Shown here: one piece after another, positions 43,693 to 53,887 of the stretch
How positions within the stretch are numbered: the stretch's first letter is position 1
Layout of the letters: every line of letters starts with the position of its first letter
Assembly: GCA_965220505.1 (NCBI GenBank)
Contig: CBDCQE010000001.1
Location: 475,082 to 539,081, forward strand
From: Dehalococcoidia bacterium
Lineage (GTDB): Bacteria; Chloroflexota; Dehalococcoidia; Lucifugimonadales; UBA3495
Length of the DNA stretch: 64,000 bases
Direction: 5' to 3'
Notes under the pieces: model-generated
The model's input: only the letters and a program-made list of their open reading frames with translations
What the model was told of the DNA's origin: nothing
The model's database searches: none
Position numbers and translations under genes: made by a program

Positions 43693-45045
43693 ATGGCCGG
43701 TCCGTTGGAAGGGGTCCGCATCGTGGAGATGGGCCAGCTCATCGCCATACCGTCCGCGATGAAGTGGATGGCCGACATGGGAGCGCAGGTGATCCGGCTG
43801 GAGTCGGTGCAGCGGCTGGAGAGCTACCGCACCGACTCGCTGTACCACAACGACGTGGACGGCGAGTTCTGGAACCGGGGAGCGAACTTCTACGAGCAGA
43901 ACCGGAACAAGCTAGGGCTGACGCTGGATCTGAGCCGGGACGAGGGCAGGGAAGTACTTCGGGACCTGATCGCCGTCACCGACGTGTTCGCGGAAAACTT
44001 CACGCCCCGGGTGATCCGAAACTTTGGCCTGGAGTACGACGACCTGCGCAAGATCCGGGCCGACATAATCATGGTGTCCTCCACCGGGTACGGGTTCGAA
44101 GGACCGTGGGCCAACTTCGGGGCCACCGGGCCGGCCACGGAAGGCGCAGCGGGACTGGCGTACATCACCGGGTATCGCGGCGGCGGGCCGGTGATGTCGG
44201 AAATACCGTTCACGGACTACACGGCCGGCGAGCACACGGTCGCCGCAGTGATGCTGGCGCTGATGCACCGGCTTAACACGGGGCAGGGGCAATTCATCGA
44301 CGTGTCCCAGACGCAGACGTGCAGTGCGACCATTCCGGAGGCGTTGCTAGACTGGACGGTGAACGGACGAATCCCGGCGCGGATCGGGAACGAGGACCCG
44401 GCCATGTCGCCCCACGGCTGCTACCCGTGCGCTGGGGACGACCGTTGGATCGCCATTGCCATCGACAACGACGAGGCCTGGCTGGCGTTGTGCCGCGTGA
44501 TGGGTCGGGCCGATTGGGCGGCGGACCAACGTTATGCCGACGTGCTGAGCAGGATTCGGCATCGAGCGGAATTGGACAAGATGCTGGGTTTCGAGACGCG
44601 CAGCCACGACAACCACGAACTGATGACGCGCTTGCAGGCGGAGGGTGTCGCCGCCGGCGCAGTGGTGGACAGTGAAGACCTGCTGTTCAACGAGCACCTG
44701 AAAGAGCGGCGGTTCTACGAGGTAGTGGAGCATCATTCGGACACCGGGATGCCCTCACTTCCGTACGCCGGCCGGCCCTGGAAACTTTCCGACACGCCGG
44801 CGGTTCCTCCTCAGCCCGCCCCGATCATGGGCCAGCACAACCGGGACATCCTGGCCGGCCTGCTGGGCAGAACCGACGACGACATTGCGGCGTTGGAAGA
44901 GGCCCAGATTATCGGCTACTCACCGCTGTCGCCTCGAGGGGTGCGCCGTCCTTCGCTTGACGAGCAGGTGCGCCAGGGGCGGATGCAGCGGTACGAGACG
45001 GATTACGCTGAACGGGTGCGGGAGTGGTTTGGGATTGGAAATTAA
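43693..45045 (+). CDS. family III CoA-transferase (CaiB/BaiF-like), second paralog
   Basis: 450 aa. LEGVRIVEMGQLIAIPSAMKWMADMGAQVIRLE..., starting 1 nt after the preceding stop. Confidence 0.85.
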   Translation: MAGPLEGVRIVEMGQLIAIPSAMKWMADMGAQVIRLESVQRLESYRTDSLYHNDVDGEFWNRGANFYEQNRNKLGLTLDLSRDEGREVLRDLIAVTDVFAENFTPRVIRNFGLEYDDLRKIRADIIMVSSTGYGFEGPWANFGATGPATEGAAGLAYITGYRGGGPVMSEIPFTDYTAGEHTVAAVMLALMHRLNTGQGQFIDVSQTQTCSATIPEALLDWTVNGRIPARIGNEDPAMSPHGCYPCAGDDRWIAIAIDNDEAWLALCRVMGRADWAADQRYADVLSRIRHRAELDKMLGFETRSHDNHELMTRLQAEGVAAGAVVDSEDLLFNEHLKERRFYEVVEHHSDTGMPSLPYAGRPWKLSDTPAVPPQPAPIMGQHNRDILAGLLGRTDDDIAALEEAQIIGYSPLSPRGVRRPSLDEQVRQGRMQRYETDYAERVREWFGIGN

Positions 45046-45151
45046 CCTCACGCGGCTCAACATGCTTCTCGGTTAGGCAATGGCAGCAAACGGCTATAAT
45101 GTGAAAACAGACCGACAACGCGTTGGTTTCGCCCAGGACAGGAGGGGTACC

Positions 45152-45373
45152 ATGACCGATAAAGACGCTATGCGCTGGTGTAGGGGAGTGTTTTATCTGG
45201 CTATGTGCGCTTTCACCATTGGCATGATGGCGCTAACGTTGCCCTACCTGTGGGGAGATGGATTGTTTACTACCGAATCCGTCGGGTACAAGATATTCGG
45301 CTGGCTGCTGGCCAGCGGAGTGGTAGTCGGTGGTGCGAGCGCGCTTTTTTTGCTGACTTCTGACCGGAATTAG
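45152..45373 (+). CDS. small 2-TM membrane protein (hypothetical)
   Basis: ATG 45152 preceded by GGAGGGG. 73 aa MTDKDAMRWCRGVFYLAMCAFTIGMMALTL...IFGWLLASGVVVGGASALFLL. It lies in an AT-richer stretch. Confidence 0.5.
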   Translation: MTDKDAMRWCRGVFYLAMCAFTIGMMALTLPYLWGDGLFTTESVGYKIFGWLLASGVVVGGASALFLLTSDRN

Positions 45374-45402
45374 ATTCGGCATCCGATGCATAGGTCTTCT
45401 GC

Positions 45403-45669
45403 GTGGACTTGATCAAGCGGTCCACCGCCTTTTTGTGGCGAAACCGGGTAAATCTGTTGTTAGGGATGCTGCTTGGCGCTGTACTCGGGTTGGCATCAGT
45501 AGCGGTCGGTTTCGCCATCGAAATCATCGATCCGCCCGAAAATGCACCGGCCTGGTGGGCGCCGTTTTTCAAAAACGTCGGCTATAGCGTTTCGGCTGGA
45601 GGACTGATTTTGGCGTTAGTGGAATTGTCCAGGTTGCTGTGGAGCTCCGTCCGAAAGGGCAGTGATTAA
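45403..45669 (+). CDS. small 2-TM membrane protein (hypothetical)
   Basis: 88-aa ORF with GTG start and no clear RBS. Two hydrophobic segments (LLLGMLLGAVLGLASVAVGFAI; VGYSVSAGGLILALV). Confidence 0.35.
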   Translation: MDLIKRSTAFLWRNRVNLLLGMLLGAVLGLASVAVGFAIEIIDPPENAPAWWAPFFKNVGYSVSAGGLILALVELSRLLWSSVRKGSD

Positions 45670-45772
45670 ATTTGTCCTTGAATGGACTGAAGATTCTCCA
45701 CAGTTCTGGTGTTGATTTGTTGCCCGGTCCCCGCTGATTCTTACGCTCCCCGTTGCCGGCTATGACGTCTGG

Positions 45773-46363
45773 TCAGCCCTGGCGGGCTTCAAACGCTGCT
45801 ATGGCGTCCTCGTGCTGGAGGGTAAGACCGATATCGTCCAGGCCGTTGAGCAGGCAGTAGCGGCGGAAGTCGTCGACCTCGAAATCGACGACGATCTCCT
45901 CGTCGCCATCTCGGACCTGCTTCGCCTCCAGGTCGACGGTGATCTCGAAGCCGGGGCTGTCCTTGGCCTTGTCCATGATGCGGCGGACGTCGGTTTCCGG
46001 CAGGATGAGGGGGAGCAGGCCGTTCTTGAAGCAGTTGTTGAAGAAGATGTCGGCGAAGCTGGGCGCGATGATGCACCGGATGCCAAAATCCTCCAACGCC
46101 CACGGAGCGTGTTCGCGAGAGGAGCCGCAGCCGAAATTCGGACCCGAGACCAGGATCTTGGAACTGCGATAGGGGCCCTGGTTGAGGATGAAATCCGGGT
46201 TTTCGGAGCCGTCCTCGTTGTACCGGTAGCGGTCGAAAAGGTTCGGGCCGAAGCCGGTGCGCTCGATACTCTTGAGGTACACGGCGGGGATTATCATGTC
46301 GGTATCGACGTTGACGGCGTCCAGGGGAGCGACGACGCCTTCCAGTTGCACAAAGGGTTCCAT
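45773..46363 (-). CDS. leuD: 3-isopropylmalate dehydratase small subunit
   Basis: ATG 46363 gives [27 protein letters not shown]...[17 protein letters not shown], typical LeuD. Confidence 0.92.
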   Translation of the reverse strand: MEPFVQLEGVVAPLDAVNVDTDMIIPAVYLKSIERTGFGPNLFDRYRYNEDGSENPDFILNQGPYRSSKILVSGPNFGCGSSREHAPWALEDFGIRCIIAPSFADIFFNNCFKNGLLPLILPETDVRRIMDKAKDSPGFEITVDLEAKQVRDGDEEIVVDFEVDDFRRYCLLNGLDDIGLTLQHEDAIAAFEARQG

Positions 46364-46427
46364 AATTGCTTCCTCGCGTTTCGAGCGCAACGAGATAGCC
46401 GCGCTGCGCTCGCAATGACCGGGTAGT

Positions 46428-47816
46428 TTAGAAGTCGCGCACGTCGACGAAGTGGCCGGCGATGGCGGCGGCGGCGGCCATCTCGGGGCTCACCAGGTGG
46501 GTGCGACCGCCCTTGCCCTGGCGTCCTTCAAAGTTGCGGTTGGAGGTGGAGGCGCAGCGCTGGCCGGGATCCAGGATGTCGGGGTTCATGCCCAGGCACA
46601 TGGAGCAACCGGCCACGCGCCAGTCGAATCCCGCGTCCTTGAACACCTGGTCCAGACCCTCGGCTTCGGCCTGCGCCTTGACCCGGGCGGAACCCGGGAC
46701 GACCATGGCGTAGACGTCAGAGTTGACCTGACGGCCGCGAATAACGTTGGCGGCGGCGCGCAGGTCGTCGATGCGGGCGTTGGTGCAGGCGCCGAGGAAG
46801 ATGCGATCGATCTTGATGTCCTCGATGCGCTGGTTGGGTTCCAGGCCCATGTACTCCAGGGCGCGTTCGGCGGCCTCGCGCTCGGCAGTGGTCTCGAAAG
46901 AGTTCGGGTCAGGCACCTGGCCGGTGATCGGGACGACCATGTCAGGCTTGGTGCCCCAGGTCACAAAGGGGGCCAGGTCGCTGGCATTGATGACGACCGT
47001 GTGGTCGTATGATGCGCCGGAGTCGGTTGGGAGTTGCCGCCACTGTTCGATCAGCGCTTCCAGCTCGTCGCCCTTGGGGGCGTAGGGGCGGGTGCGCACG
47101 TAGTCGAAAGTGGTGTCGTCGGGCGCGATCATGCCGGCGCGAGCGCCGCCCTCGATGCTCATGTTGCACACGGTCATGCGGCCGTCCATGGACAGGCCGC
47201 GGATGGCCTCCCCGGTGTACTCGATGACGTGGCCGGTGCCGCCGTTGACGCCGATGTAGCCGATTATGCCAAGGATCACGTCCTTGGCGGAGACGCCGTT
47301 GGGCAACTGCCCATCAACGCGAACTTCCATGGTGCGGGGCTTGAACTGGCGCAGGGTCTGGGTGGCGAGGACGTGCTCGACCTCGGAGGTGCCGATGCCC
47401 ACCGCGAAGCAACCCAGGGCGCCATGGGTCGAGGTGTGGCTGTCGCCGCAGACGACGGTCTTGCCGGGGAGCGTGTAGCCGAGGTCGGGGCCAATGACGT
47501 GGACGATGCCCTGGTTCTCGCTGAAGCGGTCGTAATACAAGGGCAGGCCGAATTCGGCGGCATTGCGATCCAGCGCGTCCAGCTGGGCCTTGGAGATCTG
47601 GTCTTCGATGGGACGGGTGAGTTCCCAGGTGGGGGTATTGTGGTCTGCCGTGGCGACGGTCAGGTCGGGTCGACGGACCGTGCGGCCGGCCATGCGCAGG
47701 CCGTCGAAGGCCTGGGGCGAGGTGACCTCGTGCACCAGGTGCAGGTCGATGTAGATGAGCGAGGGTTGGCCCGGTTCCTCGTGAACCACGTGGGCATCCC
47801 AGATTTTTTCGAACAT
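46428..47816 (-). CDS. leuC: 3-isopropylmalate dehydratase large subunit
   Basis: ATG 47816 gives [11 protein letters not shown]...[15 protein letters not shown]...[12 protein letters not shown]...[11 protein letters not shown]...CSMCLGMN, the aconitase-family Fe-S ligand motifs. Confidence 0.94.
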   Translation of the reverse strand: MFEKIWDAHVVHEEPGQPSLIYIDLHLVHEVTSPQAFDGLRMAGRTVRRPDLTVATADHNTPTWELTRPIEDQISKAQLDALDRNAAEFGLPLYYDRFSENQGIVHVIGPDLGYTLPGKTVVCGDSHTSTHGALGCFAVGIGTSEVEHVLATQTLRQFKPRTMEVRVDGQLPNGVSAKDVILGIIGYIGVNGGTGHVIEYTGEAIRGLSMDGRMTVCNMSIEGGARAGMIAPDDTTFDYVRTRPYAPKGDELEALIEQWRQLPTDSGASYDHTVVINASDLAPFVTWGTKPDMVVPITGQVPDPNSFETTAEREAAERALEYMGLEPNQRIEDIKIDRIFLGACTNARIDDLRAAANVIRGRQVNSDVYAMVVPGSARVKAQAEAEGLDQVFKDAGFDWRVAGCSMCLGMNPDILDPGQRCASTSNRNFEGRQGKGGRTHLVSPEMAAAAAIAGHFVDVRDF

Positions 47817-47895
47817 AGTGCGGGCGGCCAATTCAGTTCCTCCTCGGTCCGGGGCAAATACGGCGAACCCCGGCGGCGATGACAATACGCCCGGA

Positions 47896-47904
47896 ATTAT
47901 AGCA
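47896..47904 (-). promoter_or_regulatory. extended -10 promoter element upstream of leuC
   Basis: Minus strand TGcTATAAT (perfect TATAAT with a TG extension), about 80 nt upstream of the leuC ATG. The leader contains the hairpin ccgggg..ccccgg and a GAGGAGG RBS. Confidence 0.45.
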
Positions 47905-47983
47905 CTGTGGCCGGAGCCAGCCCTGTTGCCAACTATAAGCGTAAGTGTTCAGAGGAGCGGGCGCTCCCTTCAATCATGACCGG

Positions 47984-49684
47984 TTATTGATGAGCCTCCG
48001 ATATCATCAGTTCCACGATGTCGTGACTGGTTACAGCCCCCAGGAATTTTTCCGAACCGCGTTCCATCACCGGAATAACCGACTGGGAGTTCTCCGTCAT
48101 GCGTTGCAGCACCTCTTCGACGTGCTCGTCGGGCCAGGCCCAAGGGGTTTCGGCCCGCGTCAGCCGAGATAACGGGGTTTCCGACCAGGTGCCTTTGGGC
48201 ACGTAACGCAACCTGGACAGCGACACGATTCCCGCCAGAGAGTCGCCGTCAACCACCACGTAGTCATGCTGGTTGGGCGTAGTCCACCGCTCGGTGAAAT
48301 CGCGCACCGACACGGCCAGAGCCGGATGGCGACGAGTGCGGTCCAGGATATCGTCCACGGTTACGTCGTCCAGCGCGAATCGGATAATGCCACGGGGAAT
48401 GTCAGCCGGGCGCGTAGTGAGGTCCAGGTCGCGGCTGGCCCGGCGTACCGTAAGGCTGATGATGGGCGGCATGAACAGGATGTAGCAGAACATTACCAGC
48501 ACCAGGAACGAGAACACGCTTTCGTTGATAATTTGCGTTTCCCGGAGCACCAGCAGCAGCGCTATTTCGGCGACTCCCTTCCCCATCAGGCCGGCGGCGA
48601 CGGCGTAGGGCACAGTCAGCCGGGACAGGTAGGCGCCGATCAGGGCTCCCGTGAAGTTGCCGAGCAAGGGAATGAAGGCCAGAGCGGCCATGCTCCACGG
48701 TGACAGACTGACAAACGAGAAGCTGAAGTGCAGCCCGGCCGAGGCGAAGAAAAGGGGCACGAACAGCGCTTCGGCGATGCCGCGCAGCCCGGGTATGATT
48801 TCCCGCCGCACCTGGTAAGGCAGCCCGGACAAGGCCGCGCCGAAGAGCAAAGCGCCCAGCGAGCCGTGGAGCCCCATCAGTTCCGCGCCGTCCACCATGA
48901 GGAACAGGACGCCCAGCAGCAATCCCAAAGAGAGCTGCGGCACCTGTATCAGCCTTTGCAGCCGGGAGACCACTGGAGGCAGTACCCGGGACGACAGAAT
49001 CCAGCACACCACGGCGAAGCCGGCAATCTTGCCCAGCAGGATCAGTATCCCGGCCACCGACAGCTCATGGGCGTGTTCTCCGATGCTGAAACCGATCAGC
49101 AACAGCGTAATCAGCTCGGTGATGACCACCACCGTGAAAATTTGCAGGCCAATGGGCTCTCCCAACCGTCCGTCGTCGGCCAGCACCTTGGCGACGATGC
49201 CCAGGCTGGTCATGGACAGTACTCCGGCCAGCGCCAGCGCTTCCGTGAAAGTTAATCCGAGTCCGAAATCGTAAATGAGGTCGGTGGTAACCAGTACGGC
49301 GATGCCCAGCGAGAAGAGCACCGACAGCACGGCGGCCAGGAAATAGTGGCCGCGGAGGGTTGCCACGAAACTGGAAATATCAATCTCGTCCAGGCCAATC
49401 AGGAAGAAGAATATGAAGACGCCCACGGTCAGGAAAAGTTCAATATGCCCGGTGGTCTGGATAGACCAGAGGCCGAATGAATCCAGCGCAGGCCCCAGCA
49501 AGATGCCCACGGCCGCATAGGCGACGATGGCGTTCAGGCGCAAGCGCCGGAAGACGCCCTCGGCCAGTTTGGCGGTGATTACCAGCAATCCCAGCGACAA
49601 CAGCGATTCGCGGATCTCGCTGGACTCGCCGGCGAAGCTGAGCAGCTCGGCCAGCCACGGTAGCGACAGTCCTTCAACCAGCAT
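47984..49684 (-). CDS. cation:proton antiporter (CPA2/Kef-type) with C-terminal CBS pair
   Basis: 566 aa. About 12 TM segments of Na_H_Exchanger type, then a soluble C-terminus with two CBS-like repeats (VRDFTERW..VVVDGDSLAGIVS; VLQRMTENSQSVIPVMERG..FLGAVTSHDIVE). Confidence 0.85.
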   Translation of the reverse strand: MLVEGLSLPWLAELLSFAGESSEIRESLLSLGLLVITAKLAEGVFRRLRLNAIVAYAAVGILLGPALDSFGLWSIQTTGHIELFLTVGVFIFFFLIGLDEIDISSFVATLRGHYFLAAVLSVLFSLGIAVLVTTDLIYDFGLGLTFTEALALAGVLSMTSLGIVAKVLADDGRLGEPIGLQIFTVVVITELITLLLIGFSIGEHAHELSVAGILILLGKIAGFAVVCWILSSRVLPPVVSRLQRLIQVPQLSLGLLLGVLFLMVDGAELMGLHGSLGALLFGAALSGLPYQVRREIIPGLRGIAEALFVPLFFASAGLHFSFSFVSLSPWSMAALAFIPLLGNFTGALIGAYLSRLTVPYAVAAGLMGKGVAEIALLLVLRETQIINESVFSFLVLVMFCYILFMPPIISLTVRRASRDLDLTTRPADIPRGIIRFALDDVTVDDILDRTRRHPALAVSVRDFTERWTTPNQHDYVVVDGDSLAGIVSLSRLRYVPKGTWSETPLSRLTRAETPWAWPDEHVEEVLQRMTENSQSVIPVMERGSEKFLGAVTSHDIVELMISEAHQ

Positions 49685-49813
49685 CCTGTGTTTCTCCGAC
49701 CGTGTTACGGTGCCCCATTATTTCCTAACCGCTCCCTCCGCACAAGCGGCTCCGAACCGTATGATAAACTTGGCGCGTCCCCCCTTTTGAACGCAAAATA
49801 CGGAGGAATTTCG

Positions 49814-52423
49814 ATGCCGTCCGCCGAAGCTGTGGTACTTCCCGACAACGTCCGACCAATCCATTATGACCTGACCCTGACGCCGAAATTCGACGACTTC
49901 ACCTTTGACGGAGAGGTTGACGTTACCGTGAGCATGGAACCGGGCACCGCCGAAATCATGCTCAACTGCTCGGAGATTGAGATACATTCGGCGACCGTCA
50001 GTTGGACGGATACGAACGGCGAACAGGAACAGGCGGCCACTGGCATCGCCTACGATGCGGACGCCGAAACCGCGACCATCAGCATCCCGGGCACTCCGGC
50101 GGACGGGCTGGTGGGCAACCAGCACCTGCGGATGACGTTTACCGGCGAGCTCAACGACAAGCTGCGGGGTTTCTACCGTAGCCAATACGTGAACCCCGAA
50201 GGCGAGACGGCCTACCTGGCGACCACCCAGTTCGAGGCGACGGACGCGAGGCGGGCGCTGCCCTGCTGGGATGAGCCGGCGGCCAAGGCCACATTCCAGG
50301 TCACGCTGAACGTGCCGGAGGAGATGGAGGCTGTTTCCAACACGCCGATCATTGAGGAGACCCGCGACGGAAACGGCCTGAAGACCCTGCTGTTCGACAC
50401 GACGCCGGTAATGTCAACGTATCTGCTGGCGTTCGTGATCGGCGACCTGACGCACATCGAAAAGGAGGCGGCGGACGGAACCCGTATCGGGGTGTGGATG
50501 ACGCGGGGCAAGGAGGAACAGGGAGAATTCGCGCTGGACACATCGGTCAAGATGCTGTCGTTCTTCAACGACTACTTCGGCATCCCGTACCCGCTGCCCA
50601 AGCTGGACCACCTGGCCATACCGGACTTCGCCGCCGGCGCCATGGAAAACTGGGGCTGCATCACCTACCGGGAGACCGCTCTGCTGGTGGATCCGCAGAA
50701 CTCATCCGCGGGCACCCGGCAGCGGGTGGCCGAGGTGGTGGCCCACGAGATGGCGCACATGTGGTTCGGCGACCTGGTGACCATGGAGTGGTGGGACGAC
50801 CTGTGGCTCAACGAAAGCTTCGCCACGTGGGTGGGCACCAAGGCGGTGGACTGGCTGTTCCCGGAATGGTCGATGTGGACGCAGTTCGTCAACATGGACA
50901 CCAACCGGGCGTTCAACCTGGACGGCCTGAAGAACTCGCACCCAATCGAGCAGGAAGTAGCCAATCCGGCGGAGGTGAGTCAGCTGTTCGACGCCATCAG
51001 TTACAGCAAGGGTGGGTCGGTGCTGCGGATGCTGGAGCATTTCCTGACGCCGAGCGTGTTCCGGATCGGGCTGAACGTTTACCTGACCCGACACTCCTAC
51101 GAGAACGCCCGCACCACGGACCTGTGGACGGCGCTGGAGGAAACCTCGGGACAGCCGGTGAATTCGATCATGAGCAGCTGGACCGGTCAGACCGGCTACC
51201 CGGTGCTGGACGTGGCGGCGACAAACACCGGAAACGGGTTGTCGCTGGAGGTTCGGCAAGAGCGGTTCGTGTTCGATTCGGTGCTGGGTGAGGACACGGG
51301 AGACGATGAGGAACAGGTTTGGCCAGTGCCCTTGACGGTCGCCGCCGATGGGGCTCCGGTGACCGCGCATCTTGTCAGCGGAGCCACGGGTACGGTGGAT
51401 ATTGCGGCGCCGGCACAGCCGGACTGGTTCAAGGTAAACCCCGATCAGACCGGCTTTTACCGGGTCAACTACACCGACACGGACCGGGAAAGGCTCGCCT
51501 CGCTGGTGGCCGACAGGACGCTGCCGGCGACGGACCGTCTGGGTATCCAGAACGACGCGTTTGCGTTGTCCCGGGCCGGCCTGCTGCCGGTGACGCGGTT
51601 CCTGGCTTTGGCGGAGTCGTACCAGGACGAGACTGACGCGTCCGTATGGAGTGATCTGGCCACGAATCTGCGGGAGATCGAGGGCCTGATCTCCGACGAG
51701 CCGTACCTGGGCGCTTATCACGCCTTCGGGCGGCGATTGTTCGGGCCGGCGGCGCAACGTTCAGGCTGGGAGGCACGTCCCGGCGAAGGACATCTGGACT
51801 CCCTGACGCGGTCAACGGTGCTGAGCCAGGCCGGGGTGTACGGAGACCCGGACATTATCGCCCAGGCCCAGGAACTTTTCGCGGCCTACCAAGACGATCC
51901 ATCCAACGTGAGGCCCGATTTGCGCGGGGTGGTCTTCAGCCTGGTGGCGCAGTCGGGCGACCGGGCGGTCTACGACCGGATGTGGGAACTGGAGCGGGCC
52001 GCCGAATTGCACGAAGAAAAGATCCGGTTCCTGATCTCCATGGCGCGGTTCCAGCAGGAGGACCTATTGCGCGAGACGCTGGATCGGTCGCTCACCGACG
52101 ACGTGAGGTTGCAGGACACGATCTTCGTGGTGACCGCCGTGGCGGCCAACAACCGAGGCCGCTCGCTGGCCTGGGATTTTCTGAAAGAGCAGTGGGATGA
52201 GTTTGATCGTCGGTACGGAGGCGGCGGTTTTGGCCTCATGCGCCTGGTATCCATCACCAACCATTTCACGACCAACGAGCAGCGGGACGAGGTGGAGGCG
52301 TTCTTCGACGCCCATCCCACGCCGGCTGCCGAGCGCACGATTCGCCAGGCGCTGGAGCGCATCGCGCTGAACGTGGCCTGGCTGGACCGGAACCGGGACG
52401 AGTTGGGGCTGTATTTTGGTTAG
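49814..52423 (+). CDS. pepN: M1-family aminopeptidase (aminopeptidase N type)
   Basis: ATG 49814 after GGAGG. GAMENWG exopeptidase motif and the zinc site VVAHEMAHMWFGDLVTMEWWDDLWLNESFA (HEXXH-X18-E). The C-terminal domain is ERAP1-like. Confidence 0.93.
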   Translation: MPSAEAVVLPDNVRPIHYDLTLTPKFDDFTFDGEVDVTVSMEPGTAEIMLNCSEIEIHSATVSWTDTNGEQEQAATGIAYDADAETATISIPGTPADGLVGNQHLRMTFTGELNDKLRGFYRSQYVNPEGETAYLATTQFEATDARRALPCWDEPAAKATFQVTLNVPEEMEAVSNTPIIEETRDGNGLKTLLFDTTPVMSTYLLAFVIGDLTHIEKEAADGTRIGVWMTRGKEEQGEFALDTSVKMLSFFNDYFGIPYPLPKLDHLAIPDFAAGAMENWGCITYRETALLVDPQNSSAGTRQRVAEVVAHEMAHMWFGDLVTMEWWDDLWLNESFATWVGTKAVDWLFPEWSMWTQFVNMDTNRAFNLDGLKNSHPIEQEVANPAEVSQLFDAISYSKGGSVLRMLEHFLTPSVFRIGLNVYLTRHSYENARTTDLWTALEETSGQPVNSIMSSWTGQTGYPVLDVAATNTGNGLSLEVRQERFVFDSVLGEDTGDDEEQVWPVPLTVAADGAPVTAHLVSGATGTVDIAAPAQPDWFKVNPDQTGFYRVNYTDTDRERLASLVADRTLPATDRLGIQNDAFALSRAGLLPVTRFLALAESYQDETDASVWSDLATNLREIEGLISDEPYLGAYHAFGRRLFGPAAQRSGWEARPGEGHLDSLTRSTVLSQAGVYGDPDIIAQAQELFAAYQDDPSNVRPDLRGVVFSLVAQSGDRAVYDRMWELERAAELHEEKIRFLISMARFQQEDLLRETLDRSLTDDVRLQDTIFVVTAVAANNRGRSLAWDFLKEQWDEFDRRYGGGGFGLMRLVSITNHFTTNEQRDEVEAFFDAHPTPAAERTIRQALERIALNVAWLDRNRDELGLYFG

Positions 52424-52445
52424 GGAGCGCCTTACGACCATCGTA

Positions 52446-52470
52446 TGCGCCTGTTATAGCGACAGGCGCA
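52446..52470 (+). terminator. hairpin after pepN
   Basis: tgcgcctgt-tatagcg-acaggcgca: perfect 9-bp stem with a weak T tract. Confidence 0.45.
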
Positions 52471-52494
52471 GTATCAAAATCAAGCGTTCCTCGG

Positions 52495-52731
52495 GTGATG
52501 GATATGGGCTCAAAACTCGTTGCCTGTATAGACAGCGGCGACTGGCCAGATGACCTGGTGGTCCGCAAAATCTACCGCGTGCTCCCTGACGAGCGCGCGG
52601 TAAAGCTCGGCTGGCTTCGCGTTATTGACGAGTCGGAAGAAGATTATCTCTACCCGTCTGACTATTTCATTCCCATCGAGTTGACGGAAGAAATTGAACA
52701 GGCGCTTTACGCAACTGCACCTGTTAGCTAA
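52495..52731 (+). CDS. small conserved hypothetical protein
   Basis: 78 aa. KIYRVLPDERAVKLGWLRVIDESEEDYLYPSDYFIPIEL resembles a widespread uncharacterised small-protein family. It lies in an AT-richer stretch, and its 3' end overlaps the convergent gene by 4 nt. Confidence 0.55.
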   Translation: MMDMGSKLVACIDSGDWPDDLVVRKIYRVLPDERAVKLGWLRVIDESEEDYLYPSDYFIPIELTEEIEQALYATAPVS

Positions 52732-53762
52732 CCGTCAAATATAGCCAATAGGTCGTCGGCCAAGCTCTCGATGCGTTCGCGTTGGGGAATGCAGGCGAGC
52801 CAGCGCTCCGGGATGCTCGAGGCACCGTAGCGGGCGCCGAGTACAGCCCCAGCGACCGCGGCGTTGGTATCCGTGTCTCCGCCGGCGGCTACCGAAGCCA
52901 CCAGGGCGTCCTCGAATCCAAATGGCGTGAACGCGGCCCAGAGCCCGAATTGCAGGGCCAACAAGGTGTGGCCGATGAGCCGATGGTCGCGCTTGAGCCA
53001 TTCAATGTCGGGAGGAGGTTGTGCTCCTTGCTCCAATGCGTGCAGGGTATCTGAGGGGATGCCATCGTAGTTGGCCTGGGCGGAGAGGTCGGGGCAACCG
53101 TCGGCGCGAGCGGCTGCGATCAAGCCGGGAAGGTCCGGTTGCGATCCATTGAGCAGGGCGGCGATGGTAGCGTTGACGAGGATGCAGGACCACTGGCAGG
53201 TCTCGGCGTAGTGGGTTACCGCACAGGTGACGGCGGAATCGGCGACGAGCAGAGCCGGGTCGTTGCGGCGGGCGATGGCCGCCGGGGCGCAGCGCATGAC
53301 GCCACCGTTGGGGGCGATGCGATTTCTCCGCTCGTAGACGATCCGAGCCGGTTCGGGCAGAGGCTTGCCGGTGGATAGCTCGTATATGACATCGCCGGTG
53401 GTGATGCCGATGCCGCGGCCGTTCTCGCGGGCCCAGCGCACCAGGTGGTCGGCGAAATCCTGGGCATAATCGCCGCCGCCCAGCAGGGCCTCGCCGAGGT
53501 CGACTGCCTGGGCCAGGTCGTCGTCCATTGGCCGTTGAGCTTGGCGGGGGTCGATCTCGGTGAGGCCGTCGGGGTATGACGCGGCGATCCAGTCGTGCCG
53601 GTCGCCCTCCACCGGCAAGCCCAACAGGTTGCCGACGGCAAGGCCGAGGAGAACACCGCGTGCGCGGTCGGACAGGGCCGTGTCCGATGGGTCGCCGGCG
53701 GCGCTTCGTGCGATGAAACGGGCGACATCCGGGGCCTGCAATACAATCCCTGGATCGGTCAT
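52728..53762 (-). CDS. ADP-ribosylglycohydrolase-family protein
   Basis: ATG 53762 gives MTDPGIVLQ...ARGVLLGLAVGNLLGLPVEG...GGDTDTNAAVAGAVLGARYG, typical ARH/DraG motifs. Confidence 0.85.
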   Translation of the reverse strand: MTDPGIVLQAPDVARFIARSAAGDPSDTALSDRARGVLLGLAVGNLLGLPVEGDRHDWIAASYPDGLTEIDPRQAQRPMDDDLAQAVDLGEALLGGGDYAQDFADHLVRWARENGRGIGITTGDVIYELSTGKPLPEPARIVYERRNRIAPNGGVMRCAPAAIARRNDPALLVADSAVTCAVTHYAETCQWSCILVNATIAALLNGSQPDLPGLIAAARADGCPDLSAQANYDGIPSDTLHALEQGAQPPPDIEWLKRDHRLIGHTLLALQFGLWAAFTPFGFEDALVASVAAGGDTDTNAAVAGAVLGARYGASSIPERWLACIPQRERIESLADDLLAIFDG

Positions 53763-53823
53763 GAGGGCGCTCCTGTGGGCTGATTTGCGAGCACGGGAAG
53801 AGGTGATTCGGGGTCGCCCCGGT

Positions 53824-53852
53824 TTGACACCCCTGCCCAATACGGGTAGCCT
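53824..53852 (+). promoter_or_regulatory. candidate promoter of metH
   Basis: TTGACA (53824-53829), 17-nt spacer, TAGCCT (53847-53852), 36 nt upstream of the metH ATG. The leader is too short for a riboswitch. Confidence 0.4.
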
Positions 53853-53887
53853 TGATTGTGATTTACGGAACAAATGGCATTGGAATT

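Noticed and set aside
47817-47983. Leucine leader peptide / attenuator upstream of leuC
   Set aside because: The leader has a hairpin and a good promoter element, but there is no Leu-rich mini-ORF or terminator/antiterminator alternative that I could trace. Only the promoter element is reported.
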